DNA of 64,000 nt, from NCBI RefSeq assembly GCF_009914755.1, contig NC_060932.1; one strand, written 5' to 3'. Both the position numbers and the translations under genes were made by a program. Source of the stretch: the human T2T-CHM13v2.0 reference genome, Homo sapiens. How positions within the stretch are numbered: position 1 is the stretch's first letter; the number at the start of each line of letters is the position of its first letter. The notes under the pieces were generated by a model. The model was not told the DNA's origin. It worked only from the letters and a program-made list of their open reading frames with translations, and searched no databases. Positions 28,214 through 43,344 of this stretch are shown one piece after another.

Positions 28214-28456
28214 TGTTCTCACTTATAAATGGGAGCTAAATGATGAGAACACGTGGACACAGAGGGAAACAACACACACTGGGGCCTATCAGAGGGTGAG
28301 GGTAGGAGGAGGGAGAGGATGAGGAGAAATAACTAATGGGTACTAGGCTTAATACCCGGGTGACAAAATAATCTGTACAACAAACCCCATAGCAAAAGTT
28401 TACCTGTATAACAAATCTGCACATGTACCCCTGAACTTAAAGGTTTAAAAAAAAAA
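28214..28456 (+). mobile_element. 5'-truncated L1PA 3' end
   Basis: tgttctcacttataaatgggagctaaatgatgagaacacgtggacac...plus polyA; perfect TSD agatagatgcttt at 28201-28213 and 28457-28469. Confidence 0.9.
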
Positions 28457-28669
28457 AGATAGATGCTTTAAAATTGGAAGTTACTGAGTAAATGGGACAC
28501 ACATTTTTAAAGCTATTGCCAAGAAAATTTGTAGTATTTACACTGTATCAACACTATGGGAGAGTAATTTTGTTGCTTTAGGTGTTATTTCATATAGAAG
28601 CTATAGACACTTCTGTGTGCCATTTCCACAAGACTCCTTCTGCTGGGATGCTGGCAGGGACATCAGTCT

Positions 28670-30460
<1,791 letters not shown>

Positions 30461-31005
30461 AATTTGAAAAACAGCAAATATTTGCAATAAAAAATACTAA
30501 ACAAAATTAAAGCCTACAAATATACTCCCAGTTTCTTTTAGTTATATGATTCTCATTCTTTATTCAAGTATTTATTACTTATTTTCTCTTAACCTTGTGT
30601 GATATGAGTATAGTTTTCTTGGAACATTCTGTTTAACATAGCACAAAAGAATTTTGCGGGTGGCATTTGGCTATTAAACTTGTCGTAAATACATTTAAAT
30701 GGGTAAACCCAGAGAACTGGAAGACAAAAATAATAAAGCGAGTCTGTTCATTATGTAAATTAAGATGTCTTGAAAACTGCTGGTGAAGGTTTGTAAACAG
30801 ACAGTGGTGCGAAGACAAGTGTTAAACAAACAGCTCTCCAAGATCAGGGAAACAAATCCTAATTTGTGATGTGTGTGTATTCCTGTGTTACAAATATTCC
30901 CTCCTAGGCTGATTGATTCAGGCTACCAACATGATGTCATTGAACCAGGAGTTGGGAAGAGATGCTGGGAAAATATGTTCACAACCTGCTCTCAAGAACC
31001 AACGG

Positions 31006-31313
<308 letters not shown>

Positions 31314-32356
31314 CTAACACATAGCACAGCTCAACTCCTCTCCTCGTTATAGAGGTCTGATTCAACTGGATAGACATGGTTTTTTGTATATAGAGTTTTG
31401 CTCTTAATATATATTATATATTCTTGTACATATTTATATGTGTGTGTCTTTCTGTTAAATGATAGCAATGGGCAGAACTTTGAGAGACCATAATACTTTG
31501 CAATGTGAAATTTATAGATCTATAATCAGATAACAGTTTTCTGAATAGTAATTTTGCTATATAGATTATGATTTAAGAAAAGGTTTATGGCAAGGCTATT
31601 CAGATATGGGAAGATTAATTCCTTAGAAAATATTTATTAGTGCCCACATATAGTAATCCATTGGATCAAAGGAGAACAGAGAAGAACTCATGGATATTCA
31701 TCATAGATGAAATTAGCATGAACTGAAAGGCGACTCAAAGGAGAATATGATTATACCATCCTCTGGTCTCCATGCACACTATTTGATCTTACAATTAAAT
31801 GATATTTTAGAATAATGTCTTTATTTCTCCCCCTTCCCCTCCTCCCATGTTCTGCTCTAAAACCTAGCAATAAATCTCAGAGGATACACACTTTCTTTTA
31901 AAATAATTTTAAAGACAAAAAGAAAAGCAAAATAAAATGATAAGGATTGTATGTGTTTATATGAAACATCAGACTCCAATTAATTTTTGTATTTGACACT
32001 AGCCACGTCAAATCATACCCTAGAGATTGGTGGTAGGAAAAGAATCAACACTCCCGTTTCTCTGCTGATAGAGGTACTTCCATGGGAAACTTTGGAAAGC
32101 CTGCGGTAGAAAATACTCATTATTGTACTGCAGGCATTCCATTCTGTATTTAAGGCATATGCCAGTGTCGATGTCCAGAGGAACAATGGGTATCTCTAAG
32201 TGTTTGTTTTCTTTGAAATTCCTGTTAGGGCTTTTGTTCCATTTGATTTTCTGTAGTTGAAGGCTTTGGAAGGTTTTGCCTGGAGTCACTTTTGTAGAAA
32301 TAAAGGTATCCTATAGAAGATCTGCTCTTCCTTTGCCCTTTTTAATACTTCTCAGC

Positions 32357-32647
32357 GGCTGCGGGCAGTGGCTCACTCCTGTAATCCCAGCACTTTGGGT
32401 GGCTCAGGTGGGCGAATCACGAGATCAGGAGTTCAAGACCAGCACAGCCAATGTGGTGAAACCCCGTCTCTACTAAAAATACAAAAATTAGCAGAGCATG
32501 GTGGCTGGTGCCTGTAATCTTAGCTACTTGGGAGGCTGAGGGAGGAGAATTGCTTGAACCCAGGAGGCAGAGGTTGCAGTGAGCCGAGGATCGCGCCACT
32601 GTACTCCAGCGTGGGCAACAGATCAAGACTCTGTCTCGGGGCGGGGG
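32357..32647 (+). mobile_element. AluSg-like element with a G-rich tail instead of polyA
   Basis: Body ends ctgtctc (32637), then GGGGCGGGGG; TSD aatacttc(t/c)cagc at 32344-32356 and 32648-32660. Confidence 0.92.
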
Positions 32648-34329
32648 AATACTTCCCAGCATCAGTCCTGTTTTAGGACAAGAAAGCAGTAATTCAAAGA
32701 AGTCAACTGTCTTATTCAAGGTCACAGACTCAAATCACTAAGTAGCACCATTGTGACAAGAGGACGGGACACAGTATTCCGAGGGAAAGAATTTAGCAAC
32801 AACTTGTCAGTGGCTGTGGAGTGGGAGCCTTAAGTATTAGTCTCAGGTAGGTGAGTAAGTGACTCATCAGGGCATGTATTTTACCATGTTCAGCCTCAAT
32901 TTCCTCATGTATAAAGTAGGATGAACATGGACTACATCATTTTTCTCCCCCTCCAACTGAGACAGCATTTCAGTGACCTCCACCCGGAATGAAGGAAAGT
33001 GTCTAAGCTCTTGAGCCCCAGTTCAACCGGAGTGATTCCATTTTTAACTCTTGTATATATTGAAATCATGGAGAGATTTTTATTAAAAAGAATTGCATAT
33101 ATACACTCTCCTATCTGTGTGTAATATATGTTGCATATGTATATATTGCACTCTTACATTTCTTACATTCCATAATAGTTTTATTTTTTTCTCCACATTT
33201 TTTGTTAGAATTATAAAACTTGCTTGCATTTGCTTTTGAGGACCTTTAATCACTAATAATATGGATGGCTTTAGCAATATAATTTAGTGCTTGATATAAA
33301 AGACAAGGAGAAAGAACGTCAATATACCAGTTGCAGAAAAACGGCATTAATCTACATGTATCATTATTAAAATCTGCAACAGAAATAAGAGTTTTAAAAA
33401 GTGACTCAAGGAAAGTCCTGATCAGAATTTTTTTCCTTCATATGAAGTGTTCCAATCACATTAATCAGGATATTCCAGACCTCCTCCATTCCCTTTAAAC
33501 TCTTTTCAGACCTCTTGGTCTGTGAGCAGAACATGCAATAGAAGAAAAGGTAACTCCCTCTACAGCTCAACTGTGGTGAGACGAACGAGTAAAGTCTATG
33601 GGGATTTTCTTCAGAAAATCTAGACAATCCAAAGAATAGTCTCTGGGGTTTTGAATTTATTTCACGGGTTATTTTCTGTTGTTTCTCTTTGCAAAATACT
33701 TTTGGATTAATAAAAGTCACTTATTTCTCACTGAATTGTATTTAATTTTAATCTTCAAGACCAACTATCTATATATCAAATATGAAGTTCATCTTTACAA
33801 AAGCTTATATTTCTTTTGATATTTAACTTAGTCCAAGATGAATTAAAATGGGTATTTCTTCCTCTACTTGGAATGTTTTCATCTAATATGTAGATTATTT
33901 GTAGACCAGTCTCTGGAATCATCTCCTTCACTAATGGCATTTTTATGCAGCCAATTTATATTAATATAAAAAACACAGATCAATTCCTGCTTACTAGAGT
34001 AAGAGCAAATCTGTCCATCTCTTATTTTGACTATTTAAATCAACCCATTGCTTATATGTCAAAAGCAAATTTTTTAGAACTTGAGGGAAAAATTAATATG
34101 ATTACAAGAATAATCTGCAAATCTTGAACACTATTTTAAAGGACTCATCAAAAAAATACTCTTTGCAAATATTTAAAGGACAAATGCAGTATAGTGCGCT
34201 CATATTACTGAAAACATTATTACCCTAACAAAATATACTGTAGGACAATGGCTAGGACATTATGTCATTTCATCAATAATTAATACTAAAGTACTCTTGC
34301 TGAGATACAAAGTTAATTTGGAGATGCCT

Positions 34330-34730
34330 GGAATCATAGATCTCCAATCTGGATGAAACCCACTGTGCCAACCCCTGTTATTACAGGTTGATTTTACAAT
34401 TGAGGAAACTGAGGAACAGACAAGCAACTTTCAAGGTCATCTAGAAATTCACTGGTAGATCCAAAGTAAGGATCCAGGAATATGTTTTTGCTCAGAAGAA
34501 CTCATGAAAATGAGTTAAAATGACCTGGACTTTTTGTTATTCTACTTAATAGCTGTTGGAAGGGAGGACAGGTTACTTAACCTCTGTGAGTTCTCATTTC
34601 CAAGCAGAACAAAGAACATAATTATCACCACCTCCCAGCATTGTGTGAAGTTAATTTGAAGTAATTGTGTGAAAGCACCCTACAAATATAGCAGACTTGC
34701 CAGTGGAATACTAATGCATATTTTGCTATC
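34330..34730. mobile_element. Two MIR remnants in opposite orientations
   Basis: attttacaattgaggaaactgagg...caaggtca (minus) and caggttacttaacctctgtgagttctcatttcc (plus). Confidence 0.65.
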
Positions 34731-35425
34731 TAAAAGGGAGCAGTCACTAATGAGCTCTGTAAGAAACCAGAATGCTATGCTGCCCTATCAGGGAGCACTT
34801 TACTTCTTAACCTCTCACCAAGATTAAAAATGACTGATACAGATATCCCCTTGGTTCCTCAGACTGCCTTAAAAACAGGAAATTGGTTCTTGCAAATCAA
34901 TACTTACTCTAGCTCTAACTATAACTTTAACAGCTGTTTCATCTATCTTAAATAGAACTAGCTATACCGCTGAAATCTGAGTATATTCCATGTGACTGGC
35001 AGTTTTTTCCCCTAAAGCTATAACTGAGCTTGTTGGATAAAGCTTAATTGCTAACTGTGGAGTGCTAATGATACCACATTGATGAAATTACAGGATCACT
35101 GATAGAGAAGGGGCTCCTAACGCCCTGGAAGCTACAGGGAAGCTCTAAATAATAGTTATCGATTTGTTTCTCTGAAGGCCACTAAGTAGCACAAACTACT
35201 CAGAAGAACAAAAATTATCCACAGGGTTTCCATTCATTCATAATTTATTTCTTGGCTTCCATTTTCAACTTACCAATAGCCAATTATAATTTTAATAATT
35301 ATATGTCTCAAAATAAGTAGTTTCTGCCTTGGAGAAAGCAATACTACAAATTATTCTTTTATTCCCCTAAATTGAGCTGGGTCTCCTCTGTTGAGTGTGC
35401 TACAATAAAAGCATAATAATAATTA

Positions 35426-35736
<311 letters not shown>

Positions 35737-36050
35737 TCATGGCTTTAAGACAAAAGAAGGACCAAAAGAGTGAGTTGAAAGTATATAAAGACAGCTAACT
35801 TCAGAAGATGTCTCATGATCCTTAATTCCCGAGTTAGGCTTCACTCTTGCCTGGATTTGTCCCTAGAATTTGTCTCCATGACTTGTCCCATCTGGCAGTA
35901 GATCAAGCCCCATTTATTCTCAGCTGGTGCCTTCCTCCAATATCATTTTCATCACTGTTAGCATATTTTGAGTGACTACCTCAGACCAGGCTCTGTTGAA
36001 TTTTATGTGCATTGTGTCATTTAATTGTATCCACCATAGGAGCTTGGTAT

Positions 36051-36777
36051 TAAAACCCCCTTTGCAAAAATCATAACTGAGAAAATTACATACGGTGAAA
36101 GATCTGAGCTAAACATCTCCATTTTGCTTCCAACCTCCAAGCTGTCCTTGTCCATTCCTAGGTGTAGGCTGAACTAACTTTGGAAGGAACTTATAGTTTA
36201 GCTTTGAGACAAAGACAAAAACAGCCCTTTCCCCAGACAAACCCCCTTTATGCTTAGGGACTAGACTGCCTTTGCAGACTAAAAATTGGTCACAAGATTA
36301 GAAATTATGGTTTAGAAATCATGCAGCTGGAGGCTGCAACATTCTAAACTTCCCCAAATTGCTCTTGGGGATAACATCACTATTGTAAAACCTAAGACCT
36401 GTGCTTGAGATATTTTGCAGACCCTTCACTCAGTGGATCAGCTGGCACCACCCAGGTTGATAAACTGGCTCACCCGGACTTGTGGCCCCCACCCAAGAAC
36501 TGACTCAGCTCAAGAGGACAACTTAGATTCCCTATGATTTCATGTCTGACCTGACCAATCAGCACTCCTGACTCACTGGTCCCCTACCCACCAAATTATC
36601 CTTAAAAACTCCAATCCCCAAATTTTCAGGGAGACTAATATGAGTAATAATGAGTAATAATAAAACTCTGGTCTCATGCACAGCCAGCTCTGCGTGAATT
36701 ACTTTCTCTATTGCAAATCCCGTCTAATAAATCCACTGTCTAGGCAGCAGGCAAGGTGAACCCATTGGGCGGTTACA
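36051..36777 (+). mobile_element. LTR8/LTR8A ERV1 solo LTR inserted in a MIR
   Basis: taaaaccccctttgcaaaaatcataactgag ... cccattgggcggttaca; TSD gtat at 36047-36050 and 36778-36781; MIR sequence on both sides. Confidence 0.85.
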
Positions 36778-37326
36778 GTATTATCTCCATTTGACAGTTG
36801 AGAAAACTGAAGCCAAGGGAACTGATTCACCTCCTTGATTTCCAGAGTTGGGAATGTCAGGGCTGGGACTGGACTCGTGCATCCACATGGACCACCCAGA
36901 GCAACAGTTTAGAAAATATTCTTCCTTTGCACTTGCCCAGCTTCTTCCTCAGGGATCCAGATTTCTCCGACTAAGACACTCATTTTCCTATGAAACTTAT
37001 TCAGTACACCTGAGAGATCTCTACCAAGTCCTGCATGGTTTAAGTATTCTTTAAAGCAAAAACTTTTTCTCTAAACTCATAATGCTGCTGACACCAAACG
37101 TGTGGGTATTTCACACTGAGCAATTCTCCAATCCTCCGCAGACTCCAACTGAGTGTCCCACAATTTAGTTTAATTCTGACTAACCACCTGGAATTAGTGC
37201 AGACCCCACAGGTTGAGGACTTAGTCCTATAAGACTGCACCGTAGCTGCAAATGCCTATGGCAAGTAGTGGGTTCCTGGAGTACTCACGGTTTTGTCCCA
37301 TCTTGCTACAAATCAGGGGTTCCTAC

Positions 37327-37908
37327 TGATACAGGTAGGCTAGGGGAGGTCCCCAAATGCCAGTGGGATCTCGATCCCAGTTGGTGTCCAGGCTCGTGAC
37401 ACTGCCACAAGATGGAACTCAAGGATGAGTCAGAAAAAAGTGAAAGTGCAGATGTTTATTGCAAAGAACATTACCTCTCAAGAGGGGAGTGTGGGCATAC
37501 ACAAGGGAGTGAGTGCTACAACAGGATTTGGGTCTTCTATCTTTATGGATTTAACCAGGGCCTGGAATATTCATGAAGATTCCTGGAAAAAGGTAGAGAT
37601 TTCTTGGAACTGAGGTGCCACCCATTTTTACACCAAATATGGGTATTCCTGGAACTGATGTGTGCTGGTGGGTGTGTGATTTAGGATGTTAATGAGCAGA
37701 TAGTGAGATCTAAGGTGAAACCTAGGTCAAATCCAGTACCATGTTGGGTCCAGTCAGTCTTAGCCAACTTGATCCACACCCTGGTTTTTCAGGGTCTTAA
37801 TAGCCCCAAACTTATACAGCTATTTCAACAGTTTTTTTGCTGGTCATGTGAAACTGCTGCCTGCAAGTGTCTATTCTCCTGTGACCACCTTGCTTCATTC
37901 CTGTCTCA
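37327..37908 (-). mobile_element. MER41-family (D/E-like) solo LTR
   Basis: Minus strand starts TGAGACAGGAATGAAGCAAGGTGGTCACAGGAGAATAG; contains CACACACCCACCAGC, a CArG box and the tandem TTCnnnGAA block typical of MER41. Confidence 0.7.
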
Positions 37909-38196
37909 CCATAACCACACCTCCTCAGTTTAGATAATTTGCTGTGACAGCTCACAGAACTCAGGGAATCACTTCACCTACTCATTGTCAGTTTATCAAA
38001 GGATACAGATGAACAGCCAGATGAGAGGTGCATACAGCAAGGTCTGGAAGGGTCCTGAGCACAGGAGCTCTGTCCCTGTAAGTAGGGTACGTCACCTTCC
38101 TGTCTTGTGTTCACCAACTTACAAGCTCAAGGACTCCTTCATTTAGGCTTTTTACCGCAGTCCCACTGCATTAGTGTGATAGATCACTGGCCATGA

Positions 38197-38721
<525 letters not shown>

Positions 38722-39031
38722 TAGAAACTCTCAGCCAGGAACCAAGGGCAGAAACCAAATACATTTCCTATTATGTCACATTTTAAATCAATATGAAATA
38801 GTGGACCCAGGCAATTGAGTGTTTGGTGTAAACTTGGATCACACATTACCTAAGATCACTCACTTACACCTACAAATACACTAAAGGATAATAGAAAAGA
38901 AATGATTTGTAGGACCAAAGAGGAAGGAATAATTTGTTATACTTTAAGGGAATCAAGGCAAAGCAGCTGAGGTTTAAGCTGAATCTTAAGATCTTTCTTG
39001 ATATACATATACATATATATATTCCTTAAAG

Positions 39032-39525
39032 CAGGGACCCAAAACAGGTCCTTGGCCTATTAGGAACCCAGCTGCACAGCAGGAGGTGAGCTGCAGGCAA
39101 GCAAAGTTTCATCTGTATTTATAGCCACTTCCCATTGCTCACATTGCCACCTGAGCTCCACCTCCTGTCAGATAATCAGCTGCATTAGATTCTCATAGAA
39201 GCGTGTACCCTATTGTGAGATGTGCATGTAAGGGATCTAGGTTGTGTGCCCCTTATGAGAATCTAATGCCTGATGATCTGTCACTGTCTCCCACCACCCC
39301 CAGATGGGATCATCTAGTTGCAGAAAAACAAGCTCAGGGCTCCCAGTCACTCTACATTATGGCAAGTTGTATTATATTACAGTGTATTAATAATAAAGTG
39401 CACAATAAATGCAATGTGCTTGAATCATCCTAAAACTATTCCCCTCCCCCATCTTCACCCCAATTCATGGAAAAATTGTCTTCCATGAAACCCATCCCTC
39501 GTGCCAAAAAGGCTGGGGACCACTG
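39032..39525 (+). mobile_element. MER1A (hAT-Charlie)
   Basis: caggg...ggggaccactg termini; 8-bp TSD ccttaa(a/g)g at 39024-39031 and 39526-39533. Confidence 0.9.
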
Positions 39526-39791
39526 CCTTAAGGGATACCAAATCTATTCTGTAGTCTAACTTCCAAGCCCCAGAATTAAAAGATACAGAAATTATTAATC
39601 TGTTAATAAGAGTTTGGGGGAAAAAACCCACAAAATTATGTGACTATTCTAAACTAGAAAAGTCTACGAATTAAAAGGTCATTGTAAAATAGGGCCTCAT
39701 TTCATCAATTTGTTTTAGATCTGTGACTTCAATGCTTTGAAGTCAGAGATGTGGTCTGTGGCAATGACTGGATCAGAAAGAATAGGAAACA

Positions 39792-40072
39792 GGCCAGGCG
39801 CAGTGGCCCATGCCTGTAATTCCAGCATTTTGGGAAGCCAAGGTGGGTGAATCACCTGAGGTCAACAGTTCGAGACCAGCCCAGCCAACATGGTGAAACT
39901 CCATTTCTACTAAAAACACAAGAATTAGCGGGGCGTGGTGATGGGCACCTGTAATCCCAGCTACTTGAGAGGCTGAAGCGGAAGAATCAGTTGAAACCGT
40001 GAGGCGGAGGTTGCAGTGACCCAAGATCATGCCATGCACTCCAGCCTTGACTACAAGGTGAAACTCTGTCTT
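39792..40072 (+). mobile_element. AluS whose tail is a compound microsatellite
   Basis: Dimeric Alu body followed directly by GA/CA-rich repeats. Confidence 0.92.
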
Positions 40073-40281
40073 GAGAGACAAAGAGTCAGACAAAGACAGA
40101 CACAGAGACACACAGACAGAGACACACAGACAGAGACACACAGACAGAGACACAGACAGAGACACACAGACAGAGACACAGAGACACAGACAGAGACACA
40201 GACAGAGACACAGAGACACAGACAGACACAGACAGACACAGACAGACACAGACAGACACAGACAGACACAGAGAGAGAGAG
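40073..40281. repeat. Compound (GACA/GAGACA/GACACA)n microsatellite
   Basis: About 210 bp of A/C/G-dominated repeat units ending in (GA)n. Confidence 0.95.
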
Positions 40282-41539
40282 ATCAAGCAAGCAACATTCT
40301 CAAGTATAAGGCATTTCAGAGCAAAGAACTCTGCCATAATGAAATTAGAAAAGTAGGTAATTAAGTCTCCACACACAACTGTCATATTTGCATTAATGAA
40401 TTCTTCAGTGTTTATAAAAGTTCTCCCCCAGCTGTCCTCAGTTTGTCATAGCTCTAGTGAGAAGAAAATAATCACTGCAGTCATGAAAACACAGAATTCC
40501 CAAGCTAGTTGGAACATTATTTTTAGTCTAGTTTAATGCCATTCTCATATATGACGAAGGACACGAAGGTCCAATGAAGTTAAATGACAAGACAAAATGT
40601 CAAAGCCACATAGTGGCTGAGCCAGGACTGCAACTGATATCTTCCAGGTCCTAATTCACTGCCCTTTCAGCCCCACCTTGGTTTTTTCCAACACCCTTTG
40701 ACTTCTTGTAGTTCAGTACAGGCAGGTGAAACCACATCATTCCTTTTCTTCCCCAAGAGGTCATTTAAGCACGTGAGTCAGGAGATCATAGGAGAACATA
40801 ATTCTGTTTTCACTATGAGTCCATTTTCTTCACTTTTATATTGCTACTTAATAGTCCATTCTTCATCAAAAAACAGGTCTCTTTCAAAATGATCTCTGCT
40901 TGCAGAAACCCCGAGACCTTTCTAGTGGGTTTCCATAGAAGCAGTTTCTGAAAACAAGAAAATATGACTCAGTTTTAGCTATAGGGCTACATGTGTCCTC
41001 TGACTTCTTGCTGGGGCAGTTGGCCTTTCAGGGTCTGTTGTAAATCCTTTTCTGGGATCTCAGGTGTGCATTCGGCTTGCTCCTACTTTTTCATATCTGG
41101 GGTCCTTCAGAATGAAATTATACAGGGTACCCTTAGAAAAGATTTGAGACTCCTTTTCTCTGCCCAGCAATGCAGAAATCATGCAAGCTCTCTCATTAGC
41201 CTTATGTTGTTTTGCTGAATTTATAGGCGGAAGTTAACTGAATTTTATATGGTTACCTTTCCCCAGTTAAAGAAACCTCTCATTAGCTAAGACTTAGTGG
41301 CTCCAAAGGGTGTAGACTGGCTTCATTGAGTATTTCTGGGTACCCGTGCTTCCTCTAAAGTCCCTGAAACAGCAAGTTGCTTGTTAGAAAGGCAAAGCCC
41401 TCGACCCTATCAAGTCAAAATTTGCATTTTTTTCATGCTTCTCAGGTGGTTCTAATGCATCTGAAGTTTTGAGAACCTCTGCCACAAAGCTAGCAAGTGG
41501 AAAATCGGGGTAAATTCTACCTGGGTAAGATGCTCTAAA

Positions 41540-41706
41540 ACCTTGCTACTCAATGTGTGATTTACAAACCAGCTTCAGCATCACCTGGAAGCTTGTTAGA
41601 AATTCAGACTTTCCACCCCCACACCAAACCTACTGAATTTAAAAATCTGCATTTTAATAAGATCCCCAGGTGATACTTTACACAATGAAAATTGAGAAGC
41701 ACAGTT
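41540..41706. mobile_element. MER5A
   Basis: gctactcaatgtgtg...cagcatcacctggaagcttgttagaaattcagac...ctgcattttaataagatccccaggtgat...gagaagcacag. Confidence 0.85.
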
Positions 41707-41864
41707 CTAACAGACTTTCGCCTGAGAAGTTAGGAAATGAAGGCCAAATTCATTTCTCTTGCTTGAATCGCTTGGGTAATTGCTACTCTCTTCCCTTGCC
41801 TTTTATAAGATAGTTACAGCTTTAGGCAAAAGCCATCTTTGATAGGATTTTAAGAGATGCCAGG

Positions 41865-42055
41865 TTCCCCGGGGCTGCCTGAGGAATTCTTATATTCAGG
41901 CAAATTCTCAGAGCACTGCTGACAAAGACAACAGCCTCCAGGCATTGCAGACAGCCGCTCGGGGAAAGAGAGCTTGCCCGGGGAAAGGCCAACCAGCCGC
42001 CTCCTTGCCTGAAATCCTTGAGTCTGGCTGAAGGTTGATGAGATAGAGCCCGACT
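41865..42055. promoter_or_regulatory. CpG-retaining cluster of TFAP2/EBF-like motifs (candidate enhancer)
   Basis: CCCCGGGGC, GCCTGAGG, GCCTCCAGGC, GCTCGGGG, GCCCGGGG and GCCTGAA in unique sequence. Confidence 0.35.
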
Positions 42056-43344
42056 CTAGGTTTATTTTCCCATTTAATTCACTGAAAAACTTGAAACTCT
42101 AAGTATTAATCCCAATGAAGAGAGTCATAAGTGTTTCCTATTGGCAAACATAGCTTTTCCAGACTGGACCCTCCTCCTGTAAAGTTACCATTTCACTTTA
42201 TTATCCAATTAGCCAACTGAGTGAACTCCGTTTCCTTCCAAATCCACCTATTTTCTATGAAAATAACTGGTCGAAATTACTGGTCTTCAGGTCAGAAATC
42301 CTTTCTCATTTGTTGGTTTTATTGTGAGGTCTTCTTGAGCAAATCATTTAACCATTCTGGGTCTTGTTTGTTTATAAAATGGGGATGATGATGCCTAACA
42401 CAAACTGTTTAGCATCAGGTCTTATTTATTTTCTTCTTAGGATAAGGGGAAGGTCTTTTTAAGCATACTTTGAAAGCTTTAAGTCATCTTACAGATGTAA
42501 TTTTTTATGCTAAATTGATAAGCATTAAGTCATAGCTAACAGATTTCTATTCTTCACATGTTCACAGATTACCTGTTTTTTTCCTTCTGTGGTCCACCAG
42601 TAGTAATATCGAATTGAGATCTAATGCTAATACCTATGGTGCCCTTCCAGACACCACCTTCGCACACTCAATTTGCCGTCCTTTATCTTTTTTTATCTCC
42701 CAGCCAGGCTTCTGTAATGCAACACCACTTCTGCCAACGCGGTCACTGACAGTACATTTTGCAAATGAGATCCTTTGGCATGCTAGATCTGATATTTCCC
42801 TGAAGTCTAGACACATTCCAGTGTGCCTATTCCATTATTTATGCATAGGTCTGCCATTTAGTTACCCAAGCTCTTTATGATAAAAGCTTACCTTCCCATC
42901 CTGTTTAGATGGTATAGATTAACAAATTAGAGAAATTCCTGACACTGGCTGACAACTGGCATAGTGCTTTACATTTTGTACTAGACTATAACAGGCAAGA
43001 TCTCATTTTGACTTTTGTGAACAAACCTCATGAGCTCTACAGGGTAGGAACACTTGAATCCATTATCTAAACCTCAAAACAACTTATCCCAAAGTCACTA
43101 GCTAATAAATGGCAGATGTGAATCAACCCCAAATCTTCAAGCTCTGACCATGAATTTTGGATATCTTACAGAATGAATGAGGGCCAGGGTGAATTGCAGA
43201 GCAGAAAGTGAGGTAGAAACCAGAACCCCCACTCCTCCAGGACTAAGTCTCACACAAATGCATGCACATACCCATACCCTCCTCTGGGTTCCCAGAACAC
43301 TACTTTTATATTTTCACTTTTGTACTTATTACATTTCTTTTTAT

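Noticed and set aside
32843-32862. Tandem donor-like sites caggtaggtgagtaagt
   Set aside because: They lie within a MIR-like remnant with no convincing upstream acceptor.
39773-40385. Overlapping 79-158 aa ORFs rich in VCLS or TQRH
   Set aside because: Translations of the compound microsatellite and Alu; they are stop-free only because of base composition.
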